Below, piece after piece: positions 39,220 through 53,118 of a stretch of 63,822 nucleotides of DNA (the stretch's first letter is position 1; each line of letters begins with the position of its first letter). A program made the position numbers and the translations under genes. The DNA is taken from the NCBI RefSeq assembly GCF_006345805.1, contig NW_021832240.1, positions 1 through 63,822 of the forward strand, read 5' to 3'. The DNA comes from Octopus sinensis (Eukaryota). The notes beneath the pieces were generated by a model, which saw nothing but the letters and a program-made list of their open reading frames with translations, was not told the origin of the DNA and ran no database searches.

Positions 39220-39575
39220 GGAGACATTACAGAGAGTTCATGGCATGATTGGATGGGCCGGTGTACTTTAAAGGAAGGCCGCCGGTTGTGGACATTACAG
39301 AGAGTTCATGGCATGATTGGATGGGCCGGTGTACTTTAAAGGAAGGCCGCCGGTTGTGGACATTACAGAGAGTTCATGGCATGATTGGATGGGCCGGTGT
39401 ACTTTAAAGGAAGGCCGCCGGTTGTGGACATTACAGAGAGTTCATGGCATGATTGGATGGGCCGGTGTACTTTAAAGGAAGGCCGCCGGTTGTGGACATT
39501 ACAGAGAGTTCATGGCATGATTGGATGGGCCGGTGTACTATAATGGAAGGCCGCGGGTTGTGGACTTTACAAGAC
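39220..39575. repeat. 68-bp minisatellite, ~5.2 copies
   Basis: Unit GTGGACATTACAGAGAGTTCATGGCATGATTGGATGGGCCGGTGTACTTTAAAGGAAGGCCGCCGGTT starting at 39288, 39356, 39424, 39492 and 39560 (partial), with a first unit from ~39220. Confidence 0.97.
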
Positions 39576-39844
39576 TGGAAAGTTTAAAGAGATAGGTAAT
39601 AAATTTAGAATAAATATTTTGGTGGACAAAAATGTGAACTATTTCCGTGAAGAAGAAAATTGGGAACTTTTCGAGAATGTGTTGTGAAAAAAGAGTGAGA
39701 AAAAAAAAAGACAAAAAACGGTCGAGAACGTGTGAAAAAGAATGAAAAAAATACGGGAAAATAACTGTGTAAATGTAACCACTCGACTTCGAGGATCGAG
39801 TGGGCGTTCCGCCTCATTGCATCATCTTTGTCATAATTCATATA

Positions 39845-40180
39845 CTCTTTTCTACTCTTTTACTTGTTTCAGTCATTTGACTGCGGCCATGCTTGAGCAC
39901 CGCCTTTAGTCGAGCAACTCGACCCCGGGACTTATTCTTTTTGTAAACCCAGTACTTATTCTATCGGTCTCTTTTGCCGAACCGCTAGGTGACGGGGACG
40001 TAAACACATCAGCATCGGTTGTCAAGCAATACTAGAGGGACAAACACAGGCACACAAACATATACATACACATACATATATACTACAGGCTTCTTTCTGT
40101 TTCCGTCAACCAAATCCACTCACAAGGCATTGGTCGGCCCGGGGCTATAGCAGAAGATATTTGCCCAAGATGCCACGCAG
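39845..40180 (-). mobile_element. Microsatellite-containing tRNA SINE (head truncated)
   Basis: Near-identical to 18017-18330. Confidence 0.88.
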
Positions 40181-41099
40181 ATGAAAGACAGAGGATGTGT
40201 GTGCGTGCGTGTGTGTGTAAATGCAAAAGTTTTAAAGTTAAAATAAGTGAATATATGCTGTTCCTAAGAAAAATATTTTTTGATTTATTTCAGTATAATT
40301 CTTATTAAATTTAATCTTCTTCAAACAAAAAATAATATTAAAAAAATAATTTCTACTACTTTACTTCTTTGCTTAAAAAATTTCTGTGTTAAAATGCAGA
40401 ACATTGATTCTTGGCTTTTGTCTGTATCTACACATCTAGATATATTCAGATTTGCAGTAAAAAAAATAATAATGTTTCTTTTTTTGTGAAAAGTCCTTCA
40501 TCAGTATTCGAGACAGGAAAATCCTTTAGTTACAAATACACCTATAGTCGCTATTTTTTCTATATTACAAAGCTACACTTCTTTAGTGATACTAATTCTA
40601 AACTTCAGTTACGTTTTCATGTCTATTTATGCTTCAAACAAACCGGAGAGCTGGCAGAATCTTTGACTCAACCAACAAAATAATTACCGGTATTTCTTCT
40701 GCCTTTCTGTTCTACGTTCAAATTCCATAAAGGTCAAATTTGCCTTTTATCTTTTCAGTGTCAAAAACATCAGAACTAGTTAAGTCCGGCGATCGGTGTA
40801 GTCGTCTTCCTTCCCCAACACATAAACTTCAAGCAATTTAATTGTTCTACATTCGTGATTAATTCAAAAATATTTCACACAAGCACTAATTTTCAATGTG
40901 AATAGGGTGACTAAGATTATCTGAAACTTTCTCAGTACGTTCTGTGTAATCATTTGCAGCTAGTATATACGAGAGAAATATTCGCACATTAAACTATAAA
41001 ATTTAGATAAACAAATAGACAAATATGACAAAATCAACAGAAATATCTACATAAATATTCAAAGTGATGCATAGAGTCACTATGAAACAAGTTACATAA

Positions 41100-41760
41100 A
41101 CTCGCTAACAGATTATCGTTGTGATTTGTAATTAATAGTTCTATAGGTCTCTAGATAATGAAGTGGAGAATTGGCCTTTATCGTGATGATGGTTTTTGCT
41201 GCATCAATCGATACGTAGTATTTATACCATATAAGATATATTATTATTAATATTATATTATAAAAGAGGAACAGTATAACGATTTCATACTTAATTGATA
41301 CAAGTTCAGAAATTACGAATTATCTTCTGTTGTTAGCAAAGTAATGCAGGTAGAATTCAGTTTGAATATTTCCCGATGTTTGTCAACAGAATAAAACCCC
41401 ACTTGCTGGAAATAACTAATATCAAATATATATCTTAATGCATTATATCTAGTTATAACATCTTGTATAACACGTTCACTTTCTTCGCATAGAGGGCAAG
41501 AGACATTTACATTGAAACTAGCAAAGTGAATCTTCTTGTTCAATTGAATACATAAATGTCATGTAATCCATTGTTTTAAAGGAACACCATTTTACGAAGA
41601 TACACATCTAGATACACAATATCTAAAAACGGCAAAATTGTCACCACTTGCACGTCATTAATAATATCTATGGCCGTACATGATTCAGATACGTCCACAC
41701 ATCTAAAACTGAATTCAGAGTGGAAATAATGAAATTACATTCCGGTTGCGGAGACGAGAG
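41100..41760. pseudogene. Heavily decayed PLE reverse-transcriptase fragments
   Basis: Plus strand IGLYRDDG at ~41170-41195. Minus strand FHYFHSEFSF...ILPFLDI at ~41620-41735. Both resemble PLE RT motifs. Many stops. Confidence 0.4.
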
Positions 41761-42232
41761 TGGTTAATTACATTTAGTGTTAAGGGCCAAAGTAAAGATA
41801 TCACGGAGGGAAAAGTTAGTACACTTTCAATGACATCTGCAAACGGTTGTCAGAACAGCAGAGGTTAATGTGGTATACTTACAAGAAGCTGAATCTCATT
41901 ACATGAAATGTGTACGTACGTGGTTATGTTTATATGTGTTGCTGTGCTTCGGCGTGCACTTGCATGGTTTCTTTTATGTGTGTGTATGCAGTGATGTTTC
42001 TGTGAATGTTAATGTGAGTTTGTGTATAAGTGTTCCATTTCTATTTAATATATAACATATATATCTATACCCAAATGTGTTTACAACTATATAATCTCTG
42101 TGCAATCCTATTGTAATCCTCGGAAAAATTAATTTAGTTGAATTGGGTGCATGCATACTTAAAAGACACAAACACTCACACACAAACACATGCCTTGATA
42201 TATACATACATACATATACAAATGTATATATG

Positions 42233-42267
<35 letters not shown>

Positions 42268-42429
42268 ATATATGCGTGTATGTGTGTATATATACATATA
42301 AATGTGCATATGCTTATATGATTTATATACATTATATATATATATATATATATAATATATATATATATATTATATATATATATATATATAAATACATATA
42401 TATATATATAATATATATATATATAAATA

Positions 42430-42460
<31 letters not shown>

Positions 42461-43097
42461 GTGTGTGTATATATGTGTGTGTGGGGGGGTGTTTATAGTT
42501 GTCCATTATTAAGTGCTGAACTTTCACTGTGTGTGAGAGAAAACAAAGACAAGAATATCATATCTGCCGAGATAGAAAAATATAAAACCTACACATCTTC
42601 CAAATAGTCTCTACTACCACCGTTTTCCTTCCACTCAATAATGCTTCAGATCACTTATTTCTATCTTCAATCAATCATCGATCAATTGTATACGGTATTG
42701 TAATTTCTTCCATGATTCCTTACCCATTCCGAAGCATACTTTGACATTTATATTGATAACTTGCGGAATATCTCTGTATAAATTTTGACATTGAATTCTT
42801 ACGTTTATCATTGTTCATCAGTATTAACCCTATGAAAAGAAGATTGTCCGAAATGACCCTCGCTTCGTCCGTAGCACTAAGCCAATTCTGACACTACCGC
42901 CATACCAGAGTGATCATATAATACTTGAAAATGACGGTCAATATCAGTTTAATGTATGGATGGCAATGTGAGGTTTTGGTATTTACTGTGAATTGGTTGG
43001 TCCAAAAGCCAGTTGCTGTATTTTTTAGAGAACACCCGCTGGAACAACGGAACAAGGTAACGCTATCTATCACTTCAACTTGCCATACATTACAGGT

Positions 43098-43489
43098 GTG
43101 GTGGCGCAATGGCCCAGTGGTTAGGGCAGCGGACTCGCGGTCGTAGGATCGCGGTTTCGATTCCCAGACCGGGCGTTGTGAGTGTTTATTGAGCGAAAGC
43201 ACCTAAAGCTCCACGAGGCTCCGGCAGGGGATGGTGGTGATCCCTGCTGTACTCTTTCACCACAACTTTCTCTCACTCTTACTTCCTGTTTCTGTTGTAC
43301 CTGTATTTCAAAGGGCCGGCCTTGTCACTCTCTGTGTCACGCTGAATATCCCCGAGAACTACGTTAAGGGTACACGTGTCTGTGGAGTGCTCAGCCACTT
43401 ACACGTTAATTTCACGAGCAGGCTGTTCCGTTGATTCGGATCAACCGGAACCCTCATCGTCGTAACCGATGGAGTGCTTAAGAGAAGAG
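43098..43489 (+). mobile_element. Full-length tRNA-derived SINE with 11-bp TSD
   Basis: A and B boxes present. TSD ACATTACAGGT at 43087-43097 and 43490-43500. Confidence 0.95.
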
Positions 43490-44043
43490 ACATTACAGGT
43501 AATTATCCTGTTAGAAAGTTGAGAACACGTTCGATAAATCGGTCCTAGAAAATGTTTAAATGACGGGAAATTTGAGGCCGCTTGTTCTGGATAGATCCAA
43601 GAATTAGTGATCACAGCAACAAATAAAATGCTATGCGCCCAGTCAGAGTATTTTCTTTCATGAATACCCACACCAGATTTGAAAAGGTCATTGCAGTGTA
43701 CAGTAAATTTTCAGAGATCGAATTTGACAATCTCAGGTATGATGAGTATCTCGTAGAAATTTCATACAAAACAGATTGGGGAACTGAGAAAATCTGCCAC
43801 TTGCGCTTTTTCTTTTAATATCCTCTATTGAACTGTTACAGCACAGTGTCAGTTTTTCCTACAACACTCTATATTCCTTCTTTCTTTATCTCTTTCTTTC
43901 TCTCTCTTTCTATCAACCTCCGTCTTTCATTTTATATAACATAACGCTGCGATGGTACTTACGATCAGTCTATCTACATGTATAAATATATCTTTCGGCC
44001 TATCTAGAAATTTACCTATCAAACTTTCGGTATCTGCCATCGA

Positions 44044-44127
<84 letters not shown>

Positions 44128-44148
44128 CTATCCATCTATCTATCTATC

Positions 44149-46110
44149 AGGCTTCGGTCCCGTCTTCCGCGGCTGGATAGCCGCTTTGTACAGAGGCATC
44201 CGTTCGGTAATTCGCGTGAATGGACATCTATCGAGACCCTTCGACATCGCACGTTCGGTCCGTCAGGGATGCCCCCTCTCGTCGCTTCTATACGTATTGA
44301 CTCTCGAGCCATTATTGCGGAAGCTGGCAACATTGAGGGGCATCCCGCGAGAACTGGGATGCGGGACGAGCGTGTCTGCATACGCGGACGACGTCACCGT
44401 CACAGTGTCTAGCCACGAGCACATCGAGCGGGTCGGCGAGACACTGAAAAACTACGAAGCGGTGACAGGAGTGAAAATCAACCGGGAAAAGTGGAGAAGC
44501 AAGCCCATGCCGTCCACCAGCGCCTCCGTCGTGGGACGCTGGACCGACGGCCCGGTTGAGTTGCTCGGGGTCTGGTTTGGTCCGGACCTCCAAGTGGAGA
44601 AGAACTGGAACGAGATAACGAGTAGGGTGGTCACTCTCGCCCGGCAATGGGTCGAGAGGAAACTGTCCCTAAAAGGTCGGGCGGAGGTGGCGAACACGTA
44701 CATCGCGTCCGTCATCTACTACTGCCTGACCGTCGTACCTTGTCCCGACCCTACCATCACCAAACTACAACGCATTCTCTTTCGCTTCTTGTGGAAAGGA
44801 TGCGTCCCGATGGTCAGGCGATCCATTTGCTGTCAACACCCGTTAAAAGGAGGGCTGGGCATGCCGTGGTTGATGATGCGCAGACACGCGCTGAGACTGC
44901 GACATCTCTGGCTCTATGTAGACAACGGTGAACAGGTGTGGTCGCCGTTTGTGAGGCACGCTTTCCCGTAGCTCGTCTCCATGACCGAACTGCAGTCGTG
45001 GATCAAAAAGAGGCCGAGGAAGGGCGATTGGCACCGCGAGTGTCGCGTTGCTCTCAAGCAACTCTGCCGTTCCGGGTCGACCTTGAGTGACTTCAACACA
45101 ACCAAAGCATTCTATAGGGGATTAGTGGAGGGGAGGTACGACGACGAGCTCGGGGCGAACCTGGACGTCGACGAGGAGTACCTGACCCGCCTGTTCGGGA
45201 CGACTTTCGGGCCAGGGCCCATGGACAACTTCCAGAGATCCCTGGCCTGGCAGTGCTACCGAGAAGCGCTACCCGTTCGGGATAAGCTCTACAGACACGG
45301 CTCGAGAAAACAGGGCCGACCTGCCCGAGATGCGGTCAGAGCGACGAAACCGTTCTGCACGCACTCGTGCACTGTCCAACAATTTCCGACCTGTGGGCTT
45401 ATGTCGAACAACTGCTGTCACGTGTGGGACGAGTCGGTTTATCAGCTGAGTCTATCGTCAATATTGTCACGCCTCCTTCCTTCAAACGGGAAGGAAGAGC
45501 TATTTTCATCATCCTTGTGGCTATGGCGAAAGAATGTATCTGGTGGACGCGTCTGAAAGGATTGGAGACAAACACTTTCCCCTCTGGTCAATCTCTCATC
45601 AACTTCTTCAAGTACCACTTGAAAAGGAAAGTGAGAGTAGAGAGGCAAGTTTTGTCTAGCGAATGTTTTAAAAAAAGATGGGTGAATGTAGCAAGGATGG
45701 CACGTATGAATGACGAAGCCACCTTGAGCATAATCCTATGAACCCAGAAATTGAAAACAGAGGGTTACCCACTTGCAAACAAATGTGGTAACATATAACA
45801 ATATTGACCAAGGTTACCGTGGTCTTTTTCGTAGGCTTTTCTTCCCACGGATAAACCTTACTTGCTTTCCCCTTTACACCATATATCATAACACTGTGAT
45901 ACACGATCCCTATTGATCGTTTTTTTTTCCTCTTCCCCCTTTTTTCCCCTTTTTTCTTCTCTTTTCATTTCTCTTTCCCTTTGTTCCTTTTCCTTTTCTT
46001 TTTTTTCTTTTTATTCCTTTTATTTTATTCAAATTTTTTTTTGTTCTTTTCTTCCCTTTTACGCTCCCTCTTGATCGAAAACCTACGCCACCCCTTTTTT
46101 TTCTTTTGTT
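44149..46110 (+). mobile_element. Tx1/L1-clade LINE, 5'-truncated (copy D): RT C-half, zinc knuckle, 3'UTR
   Basis: SVRQGCPLS, AYADDV, LLGVWFG, LSLKGR, GGLG and CPRC..ETVLH..C. One in-frame stop (44969-44971) and a frameshift near 45310. 5' junction in (TCTA)n. The last ~75 nt of the 3' end are missing. Confidence 0.97.
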
Positions 46111-46196
46111 TATCGAAAACAATTAGAGCGTGCCGTGTACATTTTCGAAACCATATAATTTGATTCAGCTGTTCTATGGCAAAGAAGTATATATAT

Positions 46197-46241
<45 letters not shown>

Positions 46242-46299
46242 TATATATATATACATACATATATGTATGTATATATATATATATAATATATATATATAT

Positions 46300-46344
<45 letters not shown>

Positions 46345-46845
46345 GAGATCGATAGATAGATATTCCGTATATTGATCAGTCAGTTCCGGTTAATTCTATA
46401 GCGTTATCCGTAGGAATTTCTTTACAGGACTTTTCGGCTGATTGTAATCCCTGTCGGTACATATGTATACGATCAACTTCAACTGCAGTATTGGAGATTA
46501 TTAGCTCTTATTTCTAGCAATGTATGTGTTCCAATACCGTAGTCATATTTAGTGACAATTATAGTTTTCTTTCTTGGTAAAACATTGCATACTGCTGTCT
46601 ATATTATTTTTTGTATACACATTAGCGAGGCGTTAAATCATTCGTAGATTTCCATGGCGAATACATATGTACTGACAGAGAATTAAGTCCGGAATCAGCC
46701 GTATCGACCGGCCCCTACTGAAGGGGCAACGGAATTAGCACACAATGACCGAACATTGTAGGGAGGGAGTTCCTCAACTGGTCTTTCGGGCGGTTAAAGT
46801 GCTTATCAGTACATATGCATAGAATTATGTGGTGCAATGTGTTAC

Positions 46846-46879
<34 letters not shown>

Positions 46880-46943
46880 GTGTTGTGTGTGTGTGTGTGA
46901 GTGTGTTGTGTGTGTGTTGTGTGTGTGTGTGTGTGCGTGTTTG

Positions 46944-46980
<37 letters not shown>

Positions 46981-46984
<4 letters not shown>

Positions 46985-47180
46985 AGAGTTTACGAAAAAA
47001 CAAAAGACGAAGACAGGTGGTGTACAAAACAAACAGATGTATTAGTATAACGCTCTCGGAATAGAAAAAGTCTTTTACATTTCGAGCCTACGCTCTTCTA
47101 CAGAAAGGGACACAGAAAAACAAGAAGAGAAACAAGGAGAGAAAATAATGTGTGTAGTGGCTAACGATCTATTATGGCGT
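46981..47180 (-). mobile_element. PLE pLTR with variant-core HHR (47072-47107)
   Basis: Minus strand CTTT-CTGTAGA-A-GAGC-GTAG-GCTC-GAAAT-GTA-AAAG. Homologous to 56071-56290. Abuts (TA)n. Confidence 0.7.
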
Positions 47181-48097
47181 CTATATATATGTGTATGTAT
47201 GTGTATGTGCGTGTGTGTGTGTTTGTGTGCGCGTGTGTGTGTGTGTGTGTGTGAGTGTTTGTGTGTATATACGATTTACACAATGCACAAGACGAACACT
47301 TGTAAAGGGACAACAATACCATTGTATTAGTTTAACGCTCGAGAACAATGGTAAAGTATTACACGTTTCGAAGCAACGCACTCTATCAGAAACTGTTAGA
47401 AGCGAGAAAAACTTGCCTGTGTAGGCATCAGCGGTTCACTCTTATATCAATACATTTACATGTATTATAATTGAAGAAAAATTGAATGAAATATATTTTT
47501 TTAATATTTCCATAGCTTTTAAATGCAAGGGATATTTTCCTTTTTTTTTTTTAGTTTGTCTCTGCCCCTCTTTTTTACTCTTGTGAATCCTAGCAGCAGT
47601 TAGTAGTAGTTTGATAGTTCTTGTCTTTGTTTGAGCGACAGTAGTAGTAGATAAAGGAGGTGGCGACAAAAAGAAGAAGAAGAAGAAGAAGAAGAAGAAG
47701 AAGAAGAAGAAGAAGAAGAAGAAGAAGAAGAATGCGGGAGTGGTATGACAGTAGCTGGATGCTGGTGGAATCCTTTTAAATGGTCGTGACCAGTTGTCGA
47801 TGGAATAGTCGTGAACGAAATCGTTCTGAATAAATTTACGTCAAGTAATTCTTTTGAATATATCGTTTTTAATATTTGCGTGTGTGTTATTCTAAGGCCC
47901 TGATGATAAAGTCATATATATATATATATATATTAATATATATGTATATATATATATTATATATGTATGTATGTATGTATGCATGTATGTATGTATAATA
48001 TTAATATATATATATATATATATATACTATATATATATATATATATATACATACATATATATATATATATACATACATATATATATATATATATATA

Positions 48098-48130
<33 letters not shown>

Positions 48131-48256
48131 TCTATATATATATATATAATATATATATATATATACCTACTTATATATTATATATATATATATATATAAT
48201 TATACATATATTATATATATATATATATTATATATATTACATATACATACATACAG

Positions 48257-48362
<106 letters not shown>

Positions 48363-48404
48363 ATATAATATATATATATATAGTATGTAATATATATATA
48401 TATG

Positions 48405-48436
<32 letters not shown>

Positions 48437-48558
48437 TATTAGGTATGTTATATATATATATATATATATATATAATATGTATGTATGTAATATATATATA
48501 TATATATGCATGTATGTATATATGTATGGATAATATATATATATATGTATGTATATGG

Positions 48559-48608
<50 letters not shown>

Positions 48609-48629
48609 GTATATGGATATATATATATG

Positions 48630-48681
<52 letters not shown>

Positions 48682-49139
48682 CACATGCAAGTGTATAATT
48701 CTATGTATACACACACAAACAAACATACACACACCCACCCACAAACACACCCACACACACACGTATTGTATTACAAACAATTTCGGCCTAGCTTCACAAA
48801 TTAAATTTAACACCTGCTATTCGAAGTATTATTCCAGTTGAAGGTATACGCCCAGTAAAAATAAGTTGTTCACACTTCACACCTCTCCTTTAACAACGGA
48901 ATAAACAAGGGGAATTAGAGGCACCTGGATGCGCCATTTCCGCCTCTCTCTCTGTTTCTCTCTATCTCTCTCTCTCTCTCTGTCTCTCCCTCTCTCTCCT
49001 TATATGGAAATTGCTGGAGTTAGAAAACAATATTTTTAATATCGATTGCCGTGTGAAAGTAACATTAGATTTGTTATCGTCTTAATTACTGCTATCACTA
49101 ACGACATCATCACTGACATGATCGTCAGCATGAGATTAA

Positions 49140-49223
49140 CGATCATATTAACCCTAACGTTGGCAATATCATCATCATCATCATCACCACCACCACCAAA
49201 ACCACCACCACCACCAAAACCAC

Positions 49224-49276
<53 letters not shown>

Positions 49277-49832
49277 ACATCATCATTCCCGCTTCCTCTT
49301 CCTGCCCGTCTTCCTCTCTCTCTCTCACCTTCCTTCATCTTCCTCTCCCCTTCCTCTTTCTCCTATTTCTTTCCTCCTCCGCCCATCCCTCTTCTCTTTC
49401 TTTCTCTTCCTCGTCTTCCACTTCCTCCTTCTCCCCATCTCCTCCAACCCCTTTTCTTACCCTTCCCCTTCCTTCTCTTCCTTGTCCTCTTCCTCTACCT
49501 CCACTTCCCTCTCAGCCCCGTCAGCCTCATCTCTCTTGTCCTCTTACTCTCCTTGTACTTCTTCGTCTCCTCTTCCTCCTGTCCCTCACCTTCCCTGTCC
49601 TCTTCATCTCTTTCTACTTCTTTCTCCCTTTCCTCGCCCCCTCTTCTTTCTTCCCTTCCTCTTCCGTTTTCTCCTCCTGTTCCTTCTTTTTCTCCTCCAC
49701 TTTCTTTTCCTCCTCTTCCTTTTCTCCTTCCGACTCCTCTTTCAGTTCTCCCTCCTCGTACACCTTACCCTCTTCTTCGCCATCTTCTTGTCCCTCCTTC
49801 TCTCCCACTCCCTTCCTTCACCTCATCATCAC

Positions 49833-49870
<38 letters not shown>

Positions 49871-50150
49871 CCATCGTCGCCATCACTGCTGTCATCGCGC
49901 ACATTGTCATCAGCATCTAGCTCATTACCAGTTTCCTGTTAGAATCATTTTCGTTGTCGTCATCCTCATCAGCATCATCACTTTCCCTTCTTACACGTAG
50001 TTGTCGTACACCTCATCGTAAAAATAAGCATTATCTTCTTTCTCGTAAACCTCCTCCTCCCCATCATCACCATCATCACAATCCTCCACTCCTCCTCCTG
50101 CTCTACCTCCTGCTGTTCCTCATGCCTCTCCTTATCATCATCATCAATAT
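49140..50150. repeat. (CAT)n/(CCA)n and pyrimidine-rich low-complexity block
   Basis: Directly visible; explains the long Ser/Pro/His ORFs in the track. Confidence 0.9.
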
Positions 50151-50284
50151 CAGAATTTTGGGCAGCAGTACCTATAGCGAGATCACCACCTGTAGCACCT
50201 TCAACATGTATTACAGGTTGCAAAGGTAGACTCACTTATTACTCCTTAATTTCACGGATGTTTTTTTTCTGAAAAGTAAATTTC

Positions 50285-51272
50285 GCTTCGATGAATAATA
50301 TACTGAGGATATTGAATTATGTACTGAATTCAGCGCTTCAAACCTTAAGTGTTGTTTGGTTTCTTGTTTGCAGTGGTGAATGGGAAAAGTTTTATCTCCA
50401 AACCACCAAAATGGTGAGAAACCGTACAGAATTTAACTCTGTAGATAAAACTAATTATCTAAATCGTGGTTACATATATATAAATAGGGTAGGGGTTTAT
50501 TTCTATGCGTCGATGATCATTTTATAAGGTTTATTATTGCTTCAATCATCACATAATGCTTACTGCCAAACACAACAGAAAGAAAGACAGTGTTGCTTCG
50601 ATGAATAATGTACTGAGAGCATTGAGTTATGTACTGAATTCAGCGCTTCAAACCTTAAGGGTTTTTTGGTTTCTCGTTTGTAGTGGTGAATGGGAAAAAA
50701 ATTTATCTCCAAAGCACCAAAATGGTTAGAAACCGTACAGAATTTGACTCTGTAAATAAAACTAATCATCTAAATCGTGGTTACAAATGGCCCAGTGGTT
50801 AGGGCAGCGGATCGTGGTCGTAGGATCGCGGTTTCGATTCCCAGACCGAGCGTTGTGTTTATTGAGCGAAAACACCTAAAGCTCCACGAGGCTCCGGCAG
50901 GGGATGGTGGCAATCCCTGCTGTACTCTTTCACCACAACTTTCTCTCACTCTTACTTCCTGTTTCTGTTGTACCTGTATTTCAAAGGGCCGGCCTTGTCA
51001 CTCTCTGTGTGACGCTGAATATCCCCGAGAACTACGTTAAGGGTACACGAGTCTGTAGAGTGCTCAGCCACTTACACGTTAATTTCACGAGCAGGCTGTT
51101 CCGTCGATCGGATCAACCAGAACCCTCGTCGTCGTAACCAACGGAGTGCTTCCATCCATCCAGGTTACAAATATGAATATTATTTCTATGCGTCGATGAT
51201 CGTTTTATCAGTTTTTCTATTGCTTCAATCATCACATAATGCTTAGTGCCAAACGCAACAGAAAGAAAGACG
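50285..51272 (+). repeat. ~310-bp tandem duplication; second unit interrupted by a SINE
   Basis: GCTTCGATGAATAAT...CAGAAAGAAAGAC occurs twice (50285-50590 and 50595-51272). Confidence 0.9.
50786..51162 (+). mobile_element. tRNA-derived SINE with 10-bp TSD
   Basis: TSD GGTTACAAAT at 50779-50788 and 51163-51172. Slightly 5'-truncated head. Confidence 0.93.
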
Positions 51273-51629
51273 GGAAAGAAAAACTGCGAGCGGAAGTTTG
51301 TGCCGGAGAAGGAATTGAAATAAAAAAGTAAAAGAAGTGGATATCTTTGTTCAATACATGACAATTGGATGACATATGCAAATAGGAAATGTCAACTGGA
51401 ATAAATCGGATTCTCAAAATAACATATTTAACAAACACAAAACACACATGCACAGAAACGTACAGGCGCACAGAAACACACATGTATATTAAATGCTCAC
51501 ACACACAAACACAAACACATACGTACACACATGACATATTTTTATAATAAATATTTATATGTAAGCATGTACATATACGTATACACACATATATAGATAC
51601 ATAGATACAGAAATGCATACATACACATA

Positions 51630-51918
51630 CATATATGCATACATACATACATACATACATGCATGCATGCATACATACATACATACATGCATACATACAT
51701 ACATACATACATACATACATACATAAATACATACACACATACATACATTCATACATACATACATACATACATACATACATACATACATGCATACATACAT
51801 ACATACATACATACATGCATACATACATACATACATACATACATACATACATACATGCATACATACATGCATACATACATACATACATACATACATACAT
51901 ACATACATACATACATAC
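51630..51918. repeat. (TACA)n microsatellite
   Basis: Directly visible. Confidence 0.97.
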
Positions 51919-51959
51919 AGTGAATACAACAATAGTTTTACTGCATTGATCACAAATAC

Positions 51960-52415
51960 TCCCTGGAATTTCAATCTGTATGAAATAGTTCTCTTGAAAT
52001 AAAACCGACTATCTGGAAAATCCTGGAGGGCCTTGTTCGGAATTTTGGCATTGAGAGTTACCCCAACAGCAGAACGGGGTGCCACTGCATGCTGCCAAAG
52101 ATCCCAACATCACCATCAAAATACAGGACCAGATACTACGACAGTTTAGGTTTCAGGGGACAACAGTTCTTCAACATCCTTGCTAAATGCCTGAGTGACC
52201 TGCATGGTGTGGATGTAGGTTTGATCTCTTCTTGACAGGGGTTCCAGATGAATCTACCTCTCGGCAGGAAACAAAGATGCGAGTAGCGGTGTCGAACTCC
52301 GTTCTTGATCAAGTGCCACGTATCAGAGGTGGTTTCACATACTAGTGTAGGACCTTCAACGGTGGTGCCCCAGCATAGCTGCAGCTTTCGGGCTGAAGCA
52401 TTTTAATGATTAATT
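51960..52415 (+). mobile_element. Decayed CR1-clade 3' end
   Basis: HCMLPKIPTSPSKYRTRYYDSLGFRGQQFFNIL...DLFLTGVPDE, similar in character to the C-terminus at 21120-21310. Confidence 0.7.
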
Positions 52416-52852
52416 TCTCTGTACTCTGATTTACGATGTTGGTAATAGTGCTGCCTGAGATCATCTCTCGTAATACTCAATCCACTGAAATCTGATGTTA
52501 TATACATCTATATCTATCTATATACATACATACAGTGATAAATTATCTGCGCGGATACCGTTGTGACACTCAGTTATGCTCCAGGTTACGGCTAACCACA
52601 TCGGTTAGTATTTAACGTCTATGGCTACGACCAGTTGTTACTCACGCTCAAATTCCTCCGATCGCTTATTCCGTGTTCGCTTCTCCAGATAATCTGGGCA
52701 TATAAAATAACGATATAAGACACGGAGTTTGTTCATCGTCAAGATTTATTTCTCTTACTTTATAATTTCATACAATATATCATGTTGTGCGTGTGATTGT
52801 GAGCATGTTGTATGTGTGTGTATGTGCGTGCGCGTGCACATTTTCAAACACA

Positions 52853-52906
<54 letters not shown>

Positions 52907-52937
52907 ATATATATATATATATGTAGTACATATAATG

Positions 52938-52968
<31 letters not shown>

Positions 52969-52969
52969 G

Positions 52970-53011
<42 letters not shown>

Positions 53012-53034
53012 TGGTATATATATATATATATGTA

Positions 53035-53069
<35 letters not shown>

Positions 53070-53074
53070 TATAA

Positions 53075-53118
<44 letters not shown>

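Noticed and set aside
39220-39575. CRISPR-like array
   Set aside because: Units are contiguous and identical with no unique spacers; eukaryotic context; no cas genes.
40470-40510. CTGATGA..GAAAC on the minus strand as an HHR (similar partial hits at ~42790-42825, ~47900 and ~55805)
   Set aside because: Stems I, II and III do not pair, so these were not counted as ribozymes.
49046-50000. 298-aa and 172-aa Ser/Pro/His-rich ORFs
   Set aside because: Low-complexity CAT/CCA/CT sequence with no stop codons by composition; no domain evidence.
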